Counted from the first letter of the stretch, positions 49,123 through 58,892 are shown. The stretch is 64,000 nt of DNA from Planctomycetales bacterium (GCA_015488215.1 WFOE01000240.1:9-64008); one strand, 5' to 3'. Numbers and translations are program-made. Notes: generated by a model from the sequence alone, not told the origin.

Positions 49123-50898
49123 ATGGGACTGATCGTGCAAAAGTTCGGCGGCACCAGCGTGGCTGACCCGGAGAAAATCCAGGCCGCCGCCCGCAAGGCC
49201 ATCCGCGCCCAGCAGCAAGGAAACCGGGTGGTGGTGGTCGTAAGCGCCATGGGCCACCAGACCGACGAGCTGATCCGCTTGGCCCACCAGGTCAACCCGC
49301 GCCCTCCGGCCCGGGAAATGGACATGCTCCTCTCCACCGGCGAGCAGGTCAGCGTGGCCCTGATGGCCATGGCCGTGCAGGCGATGGGCTACCAGGCCAT
49401 CAGCCTGACCGGGGCCCAGGTGGGCATCCGCACCGACAGCATCTTCAGCAAGGCCCGTATCCGCTCCATCTCCACCCAGCGCGTGCAGCAACTGTTGAAC
49501 CAGGGACAGATTGTCATTGCCGCCGGGTTTCAGGGGATCGACGAGAACTACAACATCACCACGCTGGGCCGCGGGGGCAGCGACACCACCGCTGTGGCCC
49601 TAGCCGCCGTGCTGGGGGCCGACCAGTGCGAAATCTACACGGACGTGGACGGTGTCTATACCACCGATCCGCGGCTACTGCCCGAGGCTCGGCTGATGGA
49701 CTATGTCAGCTACGACGAGATGCTGGAACTGGCCTCGCTGGGAGCCGGGGTGATGCACTCGCGGGCCATCGAGTTCGGCAAGAAGTTCGACGTGCCCATC
49801 CACGTGCGCAGCAGTTTCAGCGACATTCCCGGCACGCTCATCACCACCGAACCGGAAAGCCGCACGCGGCCGGTCACCGGCGCGGCCTGGGTGCGGAACG
49901 AAGCCCGGGTTACTCTCCGTGGTGTGCCGGACCGGCCCGGCGTGAGCCTGGCCCTGTTCGCCCCCATCGCCCAGCGAAACATCGCCGTGGATATGATCGT
50001 GCAGAACGTGGGGGCGGACGGTCGGGCTGACATTTCGTTCACCGTCCCCCATGCCGACCTGGAAGCGGCCCTGGAAGCCGTGGAACAGACCGCCCGGGAA
50101 CTGGGGGCCCAGGGCGTGGATAGCAACAACCAGGTGGCCAAGCTTTCGGTGGTCGGTCTGGGCATGGCCCGGCAAACCGGCGTGGCCCGGCGCATGTTCC
50201 AGGCACTGGCCCAGGCCGGAGTGAACATCCTGATGATTACCACCAGCGAGATTAAAATCTCCGTCCTGGTGCCCGAGGAGCAAGGACTTGCTGCCCTGCG
50301 GGCGGTGCATCAGGCTTTCCGCTTACACGAAAAGCCGGAAGACGCGCCCCCGCCGCACCAGGGCAAGGTGCAGCGTCGCGGCTCCAGCAACGCAGTGGCC
50401 GTGGTGGAACACCTGCGGGGAATGGAAGACCTGCTGGTGGAATCGGTGGAGCTGGACGACACGCAAAGCCGCGTTACGCTGGCCGGGGTGCCCGACCGTC
50501 CCGGTGTGGCCGCCCAGGTGTTCGACGCCCTGGGCCAACAGGGGGTGTTTGTCGATATGATCGTGCAGAGCTTCGGTCGCGAGGGGCTGGCTTCGCTCAG
50601 CTTTACGGTAAACCAGCAGGACCTGGCCGCCGCGCTTCGCGTGGCCCAGCAGGTGGCCCAGCCGCTCGGAGCCCGGGTGAGCCACGCCGAACAAATGGCC
50701 AAACTTTCCGTAACCGGGGTGGGCATGCGCAGCCACGCCGGCGTGGCCATTCGCATGTTCGAGGCGCTTGCGCGGCAGAAGATCAACATCGACATGACCA
50801 GCACCAGCGAAGTGCGCATCAACGTCGTCGTGGCCCGGGAGGACGGCTCGCGGGGACTGGCTGCTCTTCGCGAAGCGTTTGCTGACGCCATGGCCTGA
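49123..50898 (+). CDS. lysC: Aspartate kinase with a duplicated regulatory region (four ACT-like segments)
   Basis: MGLIVQKFGGTSVADPEKI, VVVVSAMGHQTDEL and the kinase core. At 591 aa the C-terminal half carries two rounds of ACT pairs (VTLRGVPDRPG... and VTLAGVPDRPG...). Confidence 0.92.
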   Translation: MGLIVQKFGGTSVADPEKIQAAARKAIRAQQQGNRVVVVVSAMGHQTDELIRLAHQVNPRPPAREMDMLLSTGEQVSVALMAMAVQAMGYQAISLTGAQVGIRTDSIFSKARIRSISTQRVQQLLNQGQIVIAAGFQGIDENYNITTLGRGGSDTTAVALAAVLGADQCEIYTDVDGVYTTDPRLLPEARLMDYVSYDEMLELASLGAGVMHSRAIEFGKKFDVPIHVRSSFSDIPGTLITTEPESRTRPVTGAAWVRNEARVTLRGVPDRPGVSLALFAPIAQRNIAVDMIVQNVGADGRADISFTVPHADLEAALEAVEQTARELGAQGVDSNNQVAKLSVVGLGMARQTGVARRMFQALAQAGVNILMITTSEIKISVLVPEEQGLAALRAVHQAFRLHEKPEDAPPPHQGKVQRRGSSNAVAVVEHLRGMEDLLVESVELDDTQSRVTLAGVPDRPGVAAQVFDALGQQGVFVDMIVQSFGREGLASLSFTVNQQDLAAALRVAQQVAQPLGARVSHAEQMAKLSVTGVGMRSHAGVAIRMFEALARQKINIDMTSTSEVRINVVVAREDGSRGLAALREAFADAMA

Positions 50899-51209
50899 CT
50901 TCACTCCCCGCTGAAAAGCGGCAGACGGCCCGTTCTTTCAACGAAGAACTGCATTCCCCGGAACTAAAGTCTTTTCTGCTCCCAGTGGCAAACCCACCGT
51001 ACCGCTGGAGCCGGTAATCCTTGTTGGATTACACGTTCTCGGAACGCGGGTGCACAACGGCGACATTGACGAAACCAGCCGATGGGCGTGTTGTAGCTCT
51101 CCGGGGAGACACCGGCAGTGCTCAGCGTTTGCCCGACGCAAAGCAAGGTGGAACAGGAAGAGGACCGCAATGGTTTTGTCCGGCCAGGCGCGCGTTGCCC
51201 GAAAAACGG

Positions 51210-51785
51210 CTACCCAGCAACAGCTCCCAGAGCAAACAGCGCCATCAACATGCAAAGAGCAACAACGGCAAGCACCATCACTACGACGGCAATGATCCCC
51301 AGGATCATCCCCGCAGTGGTCTGCCCTCGCCCACTGGGATCCATCCGCCCTTGGTCCATCTTTTTCAGGTCCTGGCGGCCCATGATCCACGCAGGAATCC
51401 CCAGCACAGGAAACACCAGCAAGCCAAGCAAACCGAGGGCCAGGATCATCCCGCCACGATGGGGTTCCATGTAACCCTGCGGCATCCCCCCTGGGACAGT
51501 TCCGTAACCGCCGGGCCTTCCCGGGTGGGAAAACGAAGCTCCCGGGTAAGTTCCCATCGAATCTGCGGGCATGGGGGCTTGCTGGGCTACCATCGGTGCA
51601 GTTGCTGCCCCTGGGGCTCCTCCTGGTGCCCCTGCGCCGGGGAACTTCGGTGCGGAGGCACGCTGAGCTGCCCCGGATTCCGTGGAAAACACCTGCCCGC
51701 ACTTCACACACCGATATCTCCCGGAAGCCGAAGGTTGGGCCACGCGCATGCGAGCCTGGCAGTGCGGGCATTGGACTACGCTCAT
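51210..51785 (-). CDS. Zinc-ribbon (MJ0042-type) plus DUF4190-like membrane protein
   Basis: N-terminal VVQCPHCQARMRV...RYRCVKCGQVF (CxxC...CxxC), a P/G/A-rich linker, and two C-terminal TM helices (GGMILALGLLGLLVFPVLGIPAWIMG, AGMILGIIAVVVMVLAVVAL). Confidence 0.7.
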   Translation of the reverse strand: MSVVQCPHCQARMRVAQPSASGRYRCVKCGQVFSTESGAAQRASAPKFPGAGAPGGAPGAATAPMVAQQAPMPADSMGTYPGASFSHPGRPGGYGTVPGGMPQGYMEPHRGGMILALGLLGLLVFPVLGIPAWIMGRQDLKKMDQGRMDPSGRGQTTAGMILGIIAVVVMVLAVVALCMLMALFALGAVAG

Positions 51786-52090
51786 CAGATCATCCCCTTT
51801 GGATTAAGGCCTGCCTTCTGGCCGTGTGAGAAAACCCAGGTTCCTCCAACGAAGTCGCCGAGGCTGGCGTTTCCAACCATATTCGTCGTCTCTGCCACAA
51901 GCAAGAAAAAAGAAGGACAGCAAAGAGAAAGCAAAAGATTGCTCGTTCTTTCTGACAGGAGGGTGCTGGGACCGTTTCTGAGAACAAAGGGGTACTGCAG
52001 TTCATTGTCCGTCAGAGAAAGCTGCGTCATAATTGAGGACGCTCGGGAAGTGGTAGCGGGAACAGGACCGTTACAGGAGCTTTCACGTCC

Positions 52091-53752
52091 ATGGCCGTAT
52101 TACAGATCATCGATGGTCCGGAACAAGGACGGCAGTTTTCGCTGCCACAAGGCGAAGCGATCATCGGCCGATTGCCCGAGTGCGACGTTGTACTCCAGTC
52201 CCGCGCGGTCAGCCGTCGCCATGCCCGCATTTTCTACGACCAGGGACGCTATTATCTGGAAGACCTGCAAAGCCGCAACGGCACCTATCTAAACGGCACC
52301 CGCATTGAATCGCCGCAATCGCTTTCGGACCAGGACATCATCGACATTTGCGAAATCTCGCTCCGTTTTTCCCAAGCCGATCCGGAACCTGCTTCCCTGC
52401 AACCTTCAGTCTCTTCCACGCTGGTGGAGGACAACTCCCAGGTGCTCCGGCGGCTGGACATGCGCAGCTCCGATCTGCAAATGCGGCTCAAAGTCCGCAC
52501 CGAAGACAAGCTGCGGGCGCTGATCGACATCACCGAGCAACTGGCCGGGGCGCTCGACGTGGAAGAGATCTTGCCCCGCGTGCTGGAATCGTTGTTCAAG
52601 GCGTTTTTGCAGGCGGACCGAGGGTTTGTTTTGCTGCGGGAACGGCCCGGCGAGCCAATGACCGTGCGGGCGTTCCGCTCGCGCAGGAAAGACGAGGACG
52701 CCTCCACGTTGCGGGTCAGCCGCACGATTGTTCGGGAAGTCGAGAGCACCAAGGAAGCGCTGCTTTCGGCCGATACGGCCAGCGACCAGCGGCTCCAGAT
52801 GAGCGAGAGCATCGCCGACTTTCAGATCCGTTCGGTGATGAGTGCCCCGCTGCTGTCGCGGGAAGGGGAAGTGCTGGGCATGATCCAACTGGACACATCG
52901 GACCAGCGCCGCCCTTTTGAAGAAGCCGACCTGGAAGTGCTGGTCACCGTGGCCAAGGAAGCGGCCATCGCCGTGGAAAACGCCCACATGCACCAGCAGT
53001 TGCTTCAGCAAACCCGGCTGGAACGCGATCTGGCTCTGGCCCGCGAGGTGCAACGAGGCTTTCTGCCCAAGCAGCGCCCCCATTTTCCCGGCTACGAGTT
53101 CTTCGATTACTACGTACCGGCCCAAGCCGTCGGCGGCGACTTTTTTGACTACGTGTTGCTACCCGAAGGACGAGTGGCCGTGGCCCTGGGCGACGTTTCC
53201 GGCAAGGGCGTGCCTGCGGCCATGCTCATGGCCAAGATGTGTTCGGACCTGCGCTACTTTCTGGCCAGTTCGCCTACCCCGGCTGAGGCCGTCTCGCAAA
53301 TGGCCGCTGAGTTTTCCCGGCACGGTTGGGACGACCGCTTTGTAACCATGGTGCTGTTCGTGCTGGACGGCAATACCCACCAGGTAACGCTGGTCAACGC
53401 CGGCCACATGCCGCCGCTGTTGCGACGCCGCTCGGGCGAAGTGGAAGAAGTGGCCGACCAGATCGCCGGCGTACCCGTGGGCGTGTTACCGGATTTCGAG
53501 TACGAACAGGCCACCTTGCCGCTGGCCCCGGGCGAACTGCTGGTGGCCTTCACCGACGGGTTCAGCGAAGCCCGAAACGCCCAAGATGAGCTGTTCGGCC
53601 TGGAACGTGTGGCCGAATCGCTGCGAGACGCCAACGGAGATGCCGCCCAGATCGGCCAACAGATCGTCCAACGCGTGGAGCAATTCGTTGGCGATCAGGA
53701 CCAGGCCGACGATATGTGCCTGGTCTGTTTCGGTCGCCGGGCCGAGGAGTAA
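52091..53752 (+). CDS. FHA-GAF-PP2C (SpoIIE-type) serine phosphatase
   Basis: The domains are FHA (IGRLPECDVVLQSRAVSRRHARIFYDQGRYYLEDLQSRNGTYLNG), GAF (ILPRVLESLFKAFLQADRGFVLL) and PP2C/SpoIIE (GGDFFDYV, ALGDVSGKGVPAAMLMA, FTDGFSEA, DDMCLV). Confidence 0.9.
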   Translation: MAVLQIIDGPEQGRQFSLPQGEAIIGRLPECDVVLQSRAVSRRHARIFYDQGRYYLEDLQSRNGTYLNGTRIESPQSLSDQDIIDICEISLRFSQADPEPASLQPSVSSTLVEDNSQVLRRLDMRSSDLQMRLKVRTEDKLRALIDITEQLAGALDVEEILPRVLESLFKAFLQADRGFVLLRERPGEPMTVRAFRSRRKDEDASTLRVSRTIVREVESTKEALLSADTASDQRLQMSESIADFQIRSVMSAPLLSREGEVLGMIQLDTSDQRRPFEEADLEVLVTVAKEAAIAVENAHMHQQLLQQTRLERDLALAREVQRGFLPKQRPHFPGYEFFDYYVPAQAVGGDFFDYVLLPEGRVAVALGDVSGKGVPAAMLMAKMCSDLRYFLASSPTPAEAVSQMAAEFSRHGWDDRFVTMVLFVLDGNTHQVTLVNAGHMPPLLRRRSGEVEEVADQIAGVPVGVLPDFEYEQATLPLAPGELLVAFTDGFSEARNAQDELFGLERVAESLRDANGDAAQIGQQIVQRVEQFVGDQDQADDMCLVCFGRRAEE

Positions 53753-53805
53753 CCCGCCAAGCAGACTCCTTGGCCCTGTTGCCAGGCGTGCGGCCAACAA
53801 GCGGG

Positions 53806-54741
53806 CTATTCGGACTCTTCCAGCGGATTGCTCCGCCTCTGCCAGGGAATGGCCCGCTGACGCACCTGGGCGTGCAGAAACTCAGCAACGCGGGCAGCTA
53901 ACTGCTGCCGCGCCGCCGGCTTGAGCTGGTGGATCAGACTGGTTCCCTGGAACCGCACGTTCCGCACCAGCAGCAGCTTCACCTGCGGGGCCTGGGGGTT
54001 GCGCTCCAGCCGTTTCTTGCGCACCTTGTAGATAAGGTCGAAAATCTTTTCAGCTTCTTTGCGGTATTCCGGGTTCTGCGCCCCGGCCAGAATGTAAACG
54101 GCCAGCGTGTAGCGCAACACCGGCTGGGCCAGTACCCGGTTGCAGTCCATGCCGTACATGCGGCGCTTGGGCGAAAAGAGCACCAGGGCTTTCACGTCCT
54201 GGCCTTGCTTGCCTGTGGCCAGCGGAGGCCACTGCCAGTCCTGATGGGCCCAAAGGATGGACAATAGCGCACCGAACTCCGCTCCCACCAGGCACAGCTT
54301 GTCGATGTTCAGCTCGCCCTGGTTGTTGCGGGCAATCAGGTAGCGTTTGCAGGCTTCGATGTCGATCAGGAACGCCCGATACTGCCGCTGGTTGAAGTCG
54401 TCCACGTTCACCGGCCGGTCCGAAAACCGCGTTTGGCGGCTTTCGCCGTGGCCGCGCAAGTCCGGCACCAGCACGGCAAACCCCTGCTGTTGCAGGTACA
54501 GGGCCAACGGATGGAAATCCACCCGAGACCCACGCAGGTTATGGACCATGATCACCGGCACCGCGTCCTTGCCCTGAGTGCTACGGTAGTAGCTGGCCAC
54601 CAGCACCATGCCGTCCTTGGTGGTAATCCGCACGGTCTGCGGCTTGGGCATCTTGGTGGTACGTTGCGCAAACCCCGGTTCCGAAGCCGCAATCTGCACG
54701 CACGCACCGGCTGCCAACAGCAACGCAAGGCGCCGAATCAT
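53806..54741 (-). CDS. Secreted alpha/beta-hydrolase fold protein
   Basis: Has a signal peptide MIRRLALLLAAGACVQIAAS, VIMVHNLRGSRVDF, DLRGHGES, and LVGAEFGA in the nucleophile-elbow position. Confidence 0.75.
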   Translation of the reverse strand: MIRRLALLLAAGACVQIAASEPGFAQRTTKMPKPQTVRITTKDGMVLVASYYRSTQGKDAVPVIMVHNLRGSRVDFHPLALYLQQQGFAVLVPDLRGHGESRQTRFSDRPVNVDDFNQRQYRAFLIDIEACKRYLIARNNQGELNIDKLCLVGAEFGALLSILWAHQDWQWPPLATGKQGQDVKALVLFSPKRRMYGMDCNRVLAQPVLRYTLAVYILAGAQNPEYRKEAEKIFDLIYKVRKKRLERNPQAPQVKLLLVRNVRFQGTSLIHQLKPAARQQLAARVAEFLHAQVRQRAIPWQRRSNPLEESE

Positions 54742-54839
54742 GATGGTGACTCCCACAAACAGGTCGAAGAAAGGGACGGCCGCCCGTCTCTATGCTCGTT
54801 GGAACTTGCCGGGCTTGTCAAGCTGAAGCAGGCAACAGG

Positions 54840-55787
54840 CTACGGCGGGGCACCGCCTTGGGGTGGGGCGACTTCCGGCTTGAGTTTGCCTTGCAACCAA
54901 TCGCGATGCACTCGGGCCACATACCACATGTAGTGCGGTGCAAGGCGGCACTGGACGGCCTGCTCCAGGTGCTTTTCGGCCTGACGGAACTGGCCGTGCA
55001 CTTCGTAATAAAGCCCCAAATACAAATGGGCGTAAAAGCGCCGCAACAGGCGCTGTGGTGCCGAAAGCGGGCGACCGCGGCGGTCGGTCTTTTCTTCCAG
55101 CCGGGCCAGCACCTGCTCAGGCGTGCCGCGGCCGGCCAACAAGTGATACACCTCCTGCAACGGCACCCGAGGATCGCGCCCCAGGGGGAATAACCGCCGT
55201 CGGGCTTCGCGGTGCCCATGCGCCCGAGCCACGCACAGGTAATGCCACACGGCGTTTTCCACGTCGGCGGCGTCCACTTTCAGATAGAGCTTGAACTGGC
55301 CGGCCCCCTCGTCGTACCGGCCTACGTAGTAGCAGGCGATGCCCCGTTGCCAGTGACCAGCCCGGCGTTGCAGGTCCAGCTCGATGGCCCGGTCGAACTG
55401 CTCCAACGCCTGCTTGACCTTCCCCTGGTGGAACAACACGGTGCCCAGCAGATCCGCGTAGTCGGCGTCGCGGGGATGCCGAGCCGCCAGGTGCCGGGCG
55501 TCGGCTTCGGCCCGCTCCGGCTGGGCCAAAGTTAAATACACCCGGATGCGCAGCCGCCGGGCGGCCTCGTCCTGCGGATTCTGCTTCAAATGCCGGTCGA
55601 GCTGTGCCAGGGCTTCTTTGGCCTTGCCGCTGCGGAGCAAACGAGCAGCCTGGTCCGCGGTGGAGCTCTGCTCTTGCTCTCCAGGGTGCTGCTCGGGAGC
55701 CTGGGCCAACACGGTCCGGACGCCCAGGACCACGACCAGGCAGGCCACCGCGGGCAGAACCACCTTCAGCAAGCGCAGCGCGAACAT
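54840..55787 (-). CDS. TPR-repeat protein with an N-terminal signal/anchor
   Basis: MFALRLLKVVLPAVACLVVVLGVRTVLAQA followed by several 34-aa TPR-like repeats (AKEALAQLDRHLKQNPQDEAARRLR, VKQALEQFDRAIELD, and others). Confidence 0.75.
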   Translation of the reverse strand: MFALRLLKVVLPAVACLVVVLGVRTVLAQAPEQHPGEQEQSSTADQAARLLRSGKAKEALAQLDRHLKQNPQDEAARRLRIRVYLTLAQPERAEADARHLAARHPRDADYADLLGTVLFHQGKVKQALEQFDRAIELDLQRRAGHWQRGIACYYVGRYDEGAGQFKLYLKVDAADVENAVWHYLCVARAHGHREARRRLFPLGRDPRVPLQEVYHLLAGRGTPEQVLARLEEKTDRRGRPLSAPQRLLRRFYAHLYLGLYYEVHGQFRQAEKHLEQAVQCRLAPHYMWYVARVHRDWLQGKLKPEVAPPQGGAPP

Positions 55788-55849
55788 GGCGGAAACTTTC
55801 CTTCCTGTAACGAACAGCCGAACCCCGCCAGGCGAGGTCCCCCGGCTCA

Positions 55850-56773
55850 TCAGGCGAACGCTTCCCGAAGCTGCTGCATCCATTTCTTGCAGGCGGCCCG
55901 CGGATCGTCGCGTTCTTCATACTCCAACACGATGTAGCCGCGGTAGCCGGCTTGGCGCAGGATTCGGGCCAGGCGGTCGAAATCGCCCGGCACGCGTTTG
56001 CGTCCTGCGTAGGTCAGCGACACCTTCACCTGCACGTTCACGGCGTAGGGGGCCATGCGGGCCATGTCGTGGTAAGCTTCTTCCACGCTGGGGCTGCCGT
56101 GCAGGTTGCCCGTGTCCAGGTTCACGCCTAGCCAGGGGCTTTTCACGTCCCGCACCAGGGCCAGCAGCCCGTCGATCTTCGTGGTCAAACCGCCGTGATT
56201 CTCCAGAGCCAGAAACACGCCATGCTCCCCAGCGTACTGGCAACATTCTTCCATGGCCTGGACGGCCAGGCGATGGGCTTCCTGGACCGACTGGCCGTTG
56301 CGCGGCCGGCCCGAGAAAATCCGAATCACCGGTGCCCCCATCGCCGCCGCGTGGTCGATCCAGGTTTTGACCATCTGAATCTGCCGCTGGCGTTGCGGGC
56401 CGGGCGGGTAGCAAAAATCGTTGCCCACGGCCGTGCCGGAGATGTCCAGCCCCAGCGTGAAGCTCAAGAACTTCAGCCGGTTCAGGTACTCCGGCGTAAC
56501 CTGCTTGGGAAAGTAGTACGAGGTCAGCTCGGTCCCTTCCAGTTGAAGCTGGGCGCAGTACCGGATGAAATCTTCCAGGGTCCACTCGGGCCGCTTGCCG
56601 GTAAGCAAGCTGCGGAACCCATAGGCGGCCAGCGAGAACTTGAACTTGGGCTGGCCGGGCCGCTGGATAGGTTCTCGGGCGGCCAGCCGGCCGGGCAGCA
56701 TGTGCCAACTGCCGGCGGCCATTCCGGCGGCAAGACCCAGATGCAGAAAACGACGGCGACTTACGACTTTCAT
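55850..56773 (-). CDS. Tat-exported sugar phosphate isomerase/epimerase (xylose isomerase-like TIM barrel)
   Basis: Has a twin-arginine signal MKVVSRRRFLHLGLAAGMAAGS and TIM-barrel motifs (GTELTSYYF, IRIFSGRP, LALENHGG, VNLDTGN). Confidence 0.85.
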   Translation of the reverse strand: MKVVSRRRFLHLGLAAGMAAGSWHMLPGRLAAREPIQRPGQPKFKFSLAAYGFRSLLTGKRPEWTLEDFIRYCAQLQLEGTELTSYYFPKQVTPEYLNRLKFLSFTLGLDISGTAVGNDFCYPPGPQRQRQIQMVKTWIDHAAAMGAPVIRIFSGRPRNGQSVQEAHRLAVQAMEECCQYAGEHGVFLALENHGGLTTKIDGLLALVRDVKSPWLGVNLDTGNLHGSPSVEEAYHDMARMAPYAVNVQVKVSLTYAGRKRVPGDFDRLARILRQAGYRGYIVLEYEERDDPRAACKKWMQQLREAFA

Positions 56774-56909
56774 AACAGACTCCCACCAGGCAGGAATGGG
56801 GAAGGCGACTGGTTTTCAGACTAGAAGGAACGCGGCGGATTGCAAGCGCAAGCGGCCGGTTTTCAGCGCGCCCAAGTCGCCGCATTCCGGCAAGCCCGCT
56901 TGGGCAGTG

Positions 56910-57971
56910 CTACTCCGCGGCAGGAACGGGGCAGTTGCCGGTGAAACACTCCGCGGGCACGAACGCCAGCAGCCCGGCAAGCATCAGCAGGCTGTAGGTC
57001 ACCAGTCCCGTGGCCAGTGCGATGGAAATCCAGAACAACATGGCCAGCGCGAGCATCAGACCCCGCATCGGCCGCACCCACACCAGCACCACGAACGCCA
57101 TCTGGAACAGAATGACAAAGTAGGTCCACAGGTCCATCAGCAGCGGATGATGAGCCAGCCAGTCGGCCGAAACCAGGGCCGTTTCGGGCCGGGCCACAAT
57201 CCACCACATTGCCTCGCCGGTCCACCAGACCATGCCCCCGGTTCCGCCGCCGCTGAGCTGGACCAGCACGGTCAACGCGTAGAGGACCGTCAGGTGAACC
57301 TGGATCAACCGCAATGTGACGGTGGCCCCCCAGCGTTTCGGCGGCATTGGAGCCGACGAGGGTTCCGCCGACTGCTTACGCCCAGCCAGCCAGCTATCCA
57401 CGCTCCACGCGACCCCGCAGGGCGAAAGGGCCAGATAGAACATCAGCATGGCCAGCACCGGCTCCAGTTGGGCGTTGAGCAGCGGGGCCCGATGCACGTA
57501 AGCCAGAACAACCACCAAGGCAAGCACGCTCGTCCAGCGCGTCTTCCAGCCCAGGATGAACAGCACCAGCACCAGCAGCCCGGCTGCGTGCATCAGCCAC
57601 AGTTCCCAATCGCTGCTTGCATAAGTGAGATAGGAAAGGCGATACAACGGGGGGAAGGGCCGTTGGGCCACATCGTCGAACCGGTAGAGCGTCTCACCCA
57701 GTGGAAACCGGGCGTCGAGCCACTGTCCCACCGGGTCGGCCTGGCCGGCGCCTGCCGGGGGGGCAAACCATCCTTCGGGGCCGAACCAGCGCGTCAGGTC
57801 CGGGCTGAACGAGGCGACGTAATACAGGGCGAGCAAGCCCACGGCAATCCGCAGTGCCACTAGCGGCAGGGGACTGGAAGGCTGGTACCAGAAACGGTTC
57901 CAGCCCTGACCGACCGCCAGGGACATCTGCTGAAAATAATCGGTAACGCCGCGGATGAGCAAACGAAGCAT
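56910..57971 (-). CDS. HTTM-domain polytopic membrane protein (vitamin K gamma-carboxylase-like / SdpB-like)
   Basis: LVALRIAVGLLALYY, WLMHAAGLLVLVLFILGWKTRWTSVLALVVVLAYV and LAMLMFYLALSPCGVAWSVD parallel the conserved HTTM blocks (the ...WSVD block in particular). The start is placed at ATG 57971. The ORF-track extension to 58454 overlaps the upstream gene. Confidence 0.75.
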   Translation of the reverse strand: MLRLLIRGVTDYFQQMSLAVGQGWNRFWYQPSSPLPLVALRIAVGLLALYYVASFSPDLTRWFGPEGWFAPPAGAGQADPVGQWLDARFPLGETLYRFDDVAQRPFPPLYRLSYLTYASSDWELWLMHAAGLLVLVLFILGWKTRWTSVLALVVVLAYVHRAPLLNAQLEPVLAMLMFYLALSPCGVAWSVDSWLAGRKQSAEPSSAPMPPKRWGATVTLRLIQVHLTVLYALTVLVQLSGGGTGGMVWWTGEAMWWIVARPETALVSADWLAHHPLLMDLWTYFVILFQMAFVVLVWVRPMRGLMLALAMLFWISIALATGLVTYSLLMLAGLLAFVPAECFTGNCPVPAAE

Positions 57972-57979
57972 CGTCGAGG

Positions 57980-58753
57980 TTACGGTTGGGAGTTCGCGTT
58001 GGATCCAGGACTGCCGGAGCGCGTTCCGGAAGCCCGATTGACCGGGCCGGAGCTTTCCGCCTGGCTTTCCAGTTTCAGCAGCCGCACCTGATCCCCTTCG
58101 ACCCAGATCCGCGCTTGATAGACCGTAACCCAGCGGGAATCGTGGTACGGGTCGTTCAGCGTCGGATCGTTGCTGCGTGCTTCTTCCGGGGCGCGAAGCA
58201 ACAGGCGGCGGCATTCCAGCGTGGCCCGCTGCATACCCGCTTCGCGGAGCAACCCTCGGCCCAAAGCGGCTGGCAGCACGTTTTCGGTGTCTTCGATTCC
58301 GGCCAGCCGAGCCATTTCCCAGGCGATCATCTGGTAGCGACGGTAGCGCAACCCCACTGCTCCCGGGGGCGGCCACTGCACCTGCCTGCCCTGTTCGTCG
58401 CGAAGGACGAGGAAGTGGTCCACGTCTAGCGCGTCGCCCTGGGTCAGATGCCACAGCGCGCGGCGGCTTTTGGGCAGCACCCGGGGACTGGGATACAGCT
58501 CGCCGCTAGGGAGCCGCACGATTCCCGAATCGGGGGCCACGTCCATCCCCAACAGTTGAAGATAAAAGCCGGGAAAACGCCGCAGCGCCTGCCGCATGGG
58601 GGAACTGAGTCGCCACATGGTCCAGCTCAACCCCAGGGAAAACAAGTGGGCAAACAGCAGGAAACTGACCAGCGTGCGCATCTGGGCCGAAGGGCCCGCG
58701 GGCTCCTGTCCGGCTTCCGGAGGCAACGGTTCTGCGCGTTGGGAAGACGGCAT
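57980..58753 (-). CDS. Hypothetical single-pass membrane protein (partner of the HTTM gene)
   Basis: 257 aa from ATG 58753 with one TM helix (MRTLVSFLLFAHLFSLGLSWTMW). It ends 8 nt before the HTTM start, so it is probably co-transcribed. I recognise no family. Confidence 0.6.
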   Translation of the reverse strand: MPSSQRAEPLPPEAGQEPAGPSAQMRTLVSFLLFAHLFSLGLSWTMWRLSSPMRQALRRFPGFYLQLLGMDVAPDSGIVRLPSGELYPSPRVLPKSRRALWHLTQGDALDVDHFLVLRDEQGRQVQWPPPGAVGLRYRRYQMIAWEMARLAGIEDTENVLPAALGRGLLREAGMQRATLECRRLLLRAPEEARSNDPTLNDPYHDSRWVTVYQARIWVEGDQVRLLKLESQAESSGPVNRASGTRSGSPGSNANSQP

Positions 58754-58845
58754 GGAGTAGTCACCCCCGCTGGGGAAGGAGGAACGGAACAAGTTGCCGT
58801 ACTAGTGTAGCACTTTTCTCCAGGAACGAGGTTCCGGCGGCGCAT

Positions 58846-58892
58846 GAAAAAACCGGACCCGACAACAGAAAACCATTGTCTCGCGGTCCGGT
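58846..58892 (-). terminator. Rho-independent terminator after the Cys-His repeat gene
   Basis: The minus-strand hairpin is ACCGGACC-GCGAGACAA-tggttttc-TGTTGTCG-GGTCCGGT. The outer 8-bp stem pairs 58852-58859 with 58885-58892, and there is an inner GACAA/TTGTC stem. It is followed by TTTTT(T)C. Confidence 0.8.
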
